A stretch of DNA of 38,842 nt from an uncultured Gammaproteobacteria bacterium (lineage in GTDB: Bacteria; Patescibacteriota; Patescibacteriia; VMEV01; CAYQCH01), in NCBI GenBank assembly GCA_964503955.1, contig CAZDCG010000001.1, positions 68,962 to 107,803 on the forward strand, read 5' to 3'. Shown here in pieces: positions 35,382-38,842 of this stretch. The translations under genes and the position numbers were made by a program. A model generated the notes under the pieces. That model worked only from the letters and a program-made list of their open reading frames with translations, did not search any database and had not been told where the DNA came from. Within the stretch, counting starts at the first letter, position 1; each line of letters begins with the position of its first letter.

Positions 35382-36083
35382 TTGACCAAGAAGCCCATGT
35401 TGTTCGGCGCCAGCCTGGCAATCCTTGCCTTGGCTGTCTACTTCGCCATTCAACACAGCAGCCGGGCGACCACGGCCAACGTGGTTCCCCCTACCCCCAA
35501 CCAGCCGAAGGAAGCGCCAGCGACATCTGCTCGCCCCGTCTACACGCAAGACGAGATGAGGGCATTCCTGGGCAATGTGCTCATGCCGTTGCTTCACTCG
35601 GCCAGGCAGGAGTATCCGGTCGTTTCGGTGCGAGAGTCCATGGAAGGGCTCATGGCCAGGATTGAGCGGCACGAAATTCTCCTGGTGATCCAACCGGTCT
35701 ACATGGGCGGAGGGCTGGCGCGCTCAGGAATGTCGCAGGATGGCAGGCCGATGCTTGAGATCATCCTTCCCGCGGCTATGCAGTTCCACGAGGAAACCGG
35801 GCGCGATACCGAGAGCTTCCAGGATGAGATGATCGCGACGGTGCTGCATGAGCAGTATCACATCGATCATCACTTCAAAGCTCCCCTTCCCGCGACACAA
35901 GCCGAATCGGAAGCATGGGCGTATACGATTCGCGAGGTCTACCTGCCGATGTCCAAAGCCGGCCGCCTCAAGCAGGTCGACAGTACGGCAGGTGCGGGTA
36001 TCCTCTCCTATCACGCTTGCGGCGGTGATACGAATCACCGGGCATGGCAGGCGTTTATCGGGACAGTCACGTCCCCCTACTAA
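35382..36083 (+). CDS. Membrane-anchored putative zinc metalloprotease (HEXXH)
   Basis: GGAG SD plus TTG start, N-terminal TM, Pro-rich linker, ATVLHEQYHIDH and downstream AESEAW. Confidence 0.7.
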   Translation: MTKKPMLFGASLAILALAVYFAIQHSSRATTANVVPPTPNQPKEAPATSARPVYTQDEMRAFLGNVLMPLLHSARQEYPVVSVRESMEGLMARIERHEILLVIQPVYMGGGLARSGMSQDGRPMLEIILPAAMQFHEETGRDTESFQDEMIATVLHEQYHIDHHFKAPLPATQAESEAWAYTIREVYLPMSKAGRLKQVDSTAGAGILSYHACGGDTNHRAWQAFIGTVTSPY

Positions 36084-36084
36084 A

Positions 36085-36130
36085 GCAGCCCGGTTTCTCT
36101 TTTCGCGGAGGAGCCGGGCTGCGTTCTTTC
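36085..36130 (+). terminator. Terminator hairpin closing the insert
   Basis: GCAGCCCGG-TTTCTC-8-GAGGAG-CCGGGCTGC followed by GTTCTTTC. Confidence 0.7.
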
Positions 36131-36154
36131 ATTAAAAAGTCATGATGATATTGA

Positions 36155-36307
36155 TCAAGAAGTTTCTTTGATCTCGGGAAAAACTTGCTTATTCCCGCAC
36201 CACGGACAGCACCAGTCTCTTTTTTCTTCAGGCGCATCACCAACGGACCACCAGCCTTTACAAGAACCGTATTGAAAGTGATGTAAAATTTCTTTCGAGC
36301 GGGACAT
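36155..36307 (-). CDS. 50-aa small Zn-ribbon-like protein
   Basis: MSRSKEILHHFQYGSCKGWWSVGD..DWCCPWCG; starts 1 nt after the cupin stop. Confidence 0.6.
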   Translation of the reverse strand: MSRSKEILHHFQYGSCKGWWSVGDAPEEKRDWCCPWCGNKQVFPEIKETS

Positions 36308-36308
36308 A

Positions 36309-36719
36309 TCAGATTCCGTATTGGCTTTCCATTTCTTTTCCGAACCGCTCATCCTCTTCATCTGCCATAGCTTCTGCTTTTGTCGCATGCACGATCCCGT
36401 CAAGATGATGAGGAGGCCAATAGATTGTATAAATCTTCAAAGGCTCTTCTCCCGTATTAATGAAGTTGTGCTTCACGCCGGGCCGCACATTCACAACGTC
36501 GCCGGGACCTACCGGAAATTCCTTTCCATCAAGCACGCCTTTCCCTTCTCCCTGATGAAAGAAGAGAATTTGTTCGGTATGCTCATGCACTTCTTCGCCG
36601 ATATCTTCTCCCGGCTGAATACACATCACAACGAGCTGGGAATTTTCAAATGTCTTCGCCACTTTGCGATAGGACTCGTTCTCTTCTGTTTGCTTGATGA
36701 TATCAACGGCAGATTTCAT
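36309..36719 (-). CDS. Cupin-domain protein
   Basis: IQPGEDIGEEVHEHTEQILFF..GEG..PGVKHNFIN. Confidence 0.92.
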   Translation of the reverse strand: MKSAVDIIKQTEENESYRKVAKTFENSQLVVMCIQPGEDIGEEVHEHTEQILFFHQGEGKGVLDGKEFPVGPGDVVNVRPGVKHNFINTGEEPLKIYTIYWPPHHLDGIVHATKAEAMADEEDERFGKEMESQYGI

Positions 36720-36730
36720 AGTAAATCAAA

Positions 36731-37030
36731 TCAGATTTCAAGCATGATCTTTCCCTCAAAGCCTCCCCTGTCTTCGTACTTCATACGCTTGCGCTCAAGG
36801 ATATCTTCCATGGAAAATCCTTTTTCTACGGAAATTGCGTCAAGCACTTCAAGAATATCGGCAATTTCCTCCGGCTGTTCTCGTGTGAGATACTCGTTCA
36901 CTTCCTCAAGCAATTTCTCGCGCAAGGCTTCGGCATACTCCCAGTCGCTTGCCACACGGATGACAGGTTCTTTGCCTTTTGAGCGGATGAGGTCAGGAAT
37001 TTTGTCACGAACAAGCTTTGAAGATTTCAT
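36731..37030 (-). CDS. MazG/PRA-PH-like nucleoside triphosphate pyrophosphohydrolase
   Basis: KLVRDKIP..LREKLLEEVNEY..EEIADILEV..RGGF. Confidence 0.88.
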   Translation of the reverse strand: MKSSKLVRDKIPDLIRSKGKEPVIRVASDWEYAEALREKLLEEVNEYLTREQPEEIADILEVLDAISVEKGFSMEDILERKRMKYEDRGGFEGKIMLEI

Positions 37031-37036
37031 ACACAC

Positions 37037-37318
37037 TTATTTTCCCAAATTATTCAACTTCCCAAAAATATTCGCTAAGGATTTTGGATCCATGCAATAG
37101 TTCTTACCTTCTTCGCGTTCAAATGGAGTAAAACGCCTTACATTCTTTCCGTCTACTTCTATCTCGTCTTCAAACATGGCTCTTGGTCTTGCCCATATCT
37201 TGCTTTCATCGTTGATATCTTGATAGACGATTAAATCCTCAAGCGTTTCCGTATGCTTGGCAATCGCGACAATCCGATATTCATTGCCTTTGTAATGACG
37301 AAAATAGGTTTCAGGCAT
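37037..37318 (-). CDS. DUF1653-domain protein
   Basis: YFRHYKGNEY..AKHTETLE..IVYQ..IWARPRAMF..RRF. Confidence 0.9.
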   Translation of the reverse strand: MPETYFRHYKGNEYRIVAIAKHTETLEDLIVYQDINDESKIWARPRAMFEDEIEVDGKNVRRFTPFEREEGKNYCMDPKSLANIFGKLNNLGK

Positions 37319-37319
37319 A

Positions 37320-37853
37320 TCAGTAATGATGAGGATGCAGGAGATGGACCAATGCCATCATCACCGCTTGTTTATTGTACATGGTTCGATCCATTTTGCC
37401 ATTGCTCAGCAGCCAGATCCCGCCTTGCGCCGTGCCGATTTTTTCATGCTGAGTAATCCCGGCCTGGCGAAGCGCCTGGCTGCCGTCAAACTCGCCTGAA
37501 ACAATTAAATCCGTCACTTGCTTTGGCCATTCATAGGCTGAAGATAGACCAAGATGGATTTGCCGGCCGTCAAAAATGGCGCAGGCGGCCATTTCCATAT
37601 AACCGCTTTTGGTCGCGGGAACTTCAATCAGCCCGCCCTCAATGCCAAAGCTTAGATCCGCTCCTTCAAAAGCGGCTCTAGCCCGATCAGCGGCTCCTTT
37701 GATCACGGCCTCCATGCCGATGGGGTGGCCGAATTCTTCAACTGAAACATCCACGCCAACAACTTCCGCGTTTTCAAACTCAGGATGACCTTGCAGAGAT
37801 TGAGCAACCGCATTGATTTTCGTTTGATTTTTTGAGCCAACATGAACGCGCAT
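37320..37853 (-). CDS. Inosine/xanthosine triphosphatase (YjjX/DUF84 family)
   Basis: VGSKNQTKINAV, GAADRARAAF, FGIEGG, GGIWLLSNG.MDR. Confidence 0.88.
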   Translation of the reverse strand: MRVHVGSKNQTKINAVAQSLQGHPEFENAEVVGVDVSVEEFGHPIGMEAVIKGAADRARAAFEGADLSFGIEGGLIEVPATKSGYMEMAACAIFDGRQIHLGLSSAYEWPKQVTDLIVSGEFDGSQALRQAGITQHEKIGTAQGGIWLLSNGKMDRTMYNKQAVMMALVHLLHPHHY

Positions 37854-37868
37854 AAGGGAGAAAGATCC

Positions 37869-38195
37869 TTACAACTGATCAATCTTTGCGGCGAGGATAA
37901 AATCATTTTCAGAAAGCCCTTTGATCGCATGCGTGCTGAGCAGCACATCCACCTTATTCCAGCGGATCGTGATGTCCGGATGATGACCTTCAAGTTCAGC
38001 CAAATCGCCAACGAGATTGACGAATCCAAGCGCCTCGGCAAAATCGCCGAACCGAAACTGGCGATGAATAGACAATCCGTCTTCAGCAAGTTTCCATTCA
38101 GGAATCTCAGCCATCAGCTTCTCGGCTTCTTCGCGAGGCATGGGAGGAATTCCCCCTTCGCAAGGCACGCAATGTTTTTGTGTGAGGGTGGACAT
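37869..38195 (-). CDS. phhB: Pterin-4-alpha-carbinolamine dehydratase
   Basis: CVPCEGG, F.DFAEALGFVN, EGHHPDI, STHAIKGLSENDFILAAKID. Confidence 0.93.
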   Translation of the reverse strand: MSTLTQKHCVPCEGGIPPMPREEAEKLMAEIPEWKLAEDGLSIHRQFRFGDFAEALGFVNLVGDLAELEGHHPDITIRWNKVDVLLSTHAIKGLSENDFILAAKIDQL

Positions 38196-38221
38196 ATTCT
38201 AAAGTTAACATTACTTGACAA

Positions 38222-38239
38222 AAGCGTATTTATACGCTT
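38222..38239. promoter_or_regulatory. Palindrome with 8-bp arms (operator candidate) inside a TTGACA-18-TATCAT spacer
   Basis: AAGCGTAT-TT-ATACGCTT. Confidence 0.55.
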
Positions 38240-38345
38240 ATCATTTATTTAGATCACCACGAAAAGCGCCCTTCAAGGTTCCGTCCTTGCGGGGTTCTTT
38301 TCTTTTCAGCCTTTTTTCAGGTTTGCCCATACATATGCTTTTCAT

Positions 38346-38373
38346 CTGGATTCCCGCCTTCGCGGGAATGACA
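38346..38373. repeat. REP-like palindrome matching ATTCCC-N8-GGGAAT
   Basis: CTGGATTCCC-GCCTTCGC-GGGAATGACA. Confidence 0.75.
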
Positions 38374-38381
38374 GAGTGCTG

Positions 38382-38419
38382 CCCCCTCTCCTTGCGAAGG
38401 AGAGGGGCCGGGGGTGAGG
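38382..38419. repeat. Second REP-like palindrome (CCTCACCCCCGGCCCCTCTCC-type)
   Basis: CCCCTCTCCTT-GCG-AAGGAGAGGGG plus CCGGGGGTGAGG tail, abutting the secA stop. Confidence 0.65.
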
Positions 38420-38842
38420 TCAAGCTCCGTGACAATGCTTGAATTTTTTTGGTGTCCCGTCTTCTTTTGTGGCACCACAAGGACAAGCATCATTTCTCCC
38501 CACGTTCTTGAATTTCTCATCTCCCGCGTGCAAATGCACTTCAGCATCGCCTCCCTGCGCTCCTTTGCTCTGCGTTTTTGCCGGCGCGGAGAATTGCAAA
38601 GCTTTATCAAGCACCGACTGCTGTGCCTGCAGCTTTGCGCGGACTTTGAAGATGGAGTTCACCACTTGTTTCTGCATTTCCCGCAAAAGACCATTGAACA
38701 AGTTGAAAGACTCCTTCTTGTACTCCACAAGCGGGTCGCGCTGGCCATATCCGCGCAAGCCGATGCTTGTTCGTAATGAATCCATGGTTTCAAGATGTCC
38801 GATCCAGAGATTATCAATCGTTCGCAAGAGCAATTCTTTTTC
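38420..38842 (-). CDS. secA: Preprotein translocase ATPase SecA, C-terminal part (runs off window end)
   Basis: IDNLWIGHLETMDSLR..IGLRGYGQRDPLVEYKKE; SEC-C motif VGRNDACPCG..KKFKHCHG with a short insertion. Confidence 0.96.
   Translation of the reverse strand, partial: EKELLLRTIDNLWIGHLETMDSLRTSIGLRGYGQRDPLVEYKKESFNLFNGLLREMQKQVVNSIFKVRAKLQAQQSVLDKALQFSAPAKTQSKGAQGGDAEVHLHAGDEKFKNVGRNDACPCGATKEDGTPKKFKHCHGA

Noticed and set aside
33852-36155. ATATTGA at both ends of the GC-rich insert as a target-site duplication
   Set aside because: A 7-bp AT-rich match is expected by chance, and the left copy overlaps the -35 box.

Overview
Housekeeping-rich chromosomal window, mostly on the minus strand, roughly 48% GC in a hand-counted sample, with TGA used as stop. 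It is most likely from a CPR/Patescibacteria (Parcubacteria-like) bacterium. This is inferred from CPR-typical orphan families (LLQVE..GEAWYV repeat proteins, stand-alone VirD4-like ATPase plus partner, sigma70-r4/winged-HTH protein, PEGA protein), the insert-bearing SecA SEC-C motif and mostly SD-less starts. Gene order: alaS (partial), secreted repeat/pilin-like/Kazal protein, mnmA, a 33-aa membrane peptide, degenerate methyltransferase, uppP, RskA-like protein, ferredoxin, YtxH, VirD4-like ATPase plus partner, sigma-r4/HTH protein, secF, secD (with two inserted parvulin domains), rpmA, pyrG, PEP-synthase N-domain, ctpA-like S41 protease, murA (Cys->Asp), PEGA protein, rfbA/Nudix/rfbB/Nudix/HIT/HAD/eno, SIMPL, hisS, gap, a second repeat/pilin-like protein, tsf, rpsB. 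Then comes a GC-rich two-gene insert (33.85-36.13 kb) with a ~200-nt structured leader, a small nucleotide-housecleaning operon, two REP-like palindromes and the 3' end of secA. I found no tRNA, rRNA, CRISPR array, transposase or integrase. The most interesting items are (1) the GC-rich insert and its switch-like leader RNA, (2) Sec-secreted proteins with pilin-head-like domains (one with a Kazal domain), (3) the SecD-parvulin fusion and (4) a periodic AGAC/GTCT hairpin in the hisS leader. Family assignments come from motif recognition only; no searches or folding programs were run.
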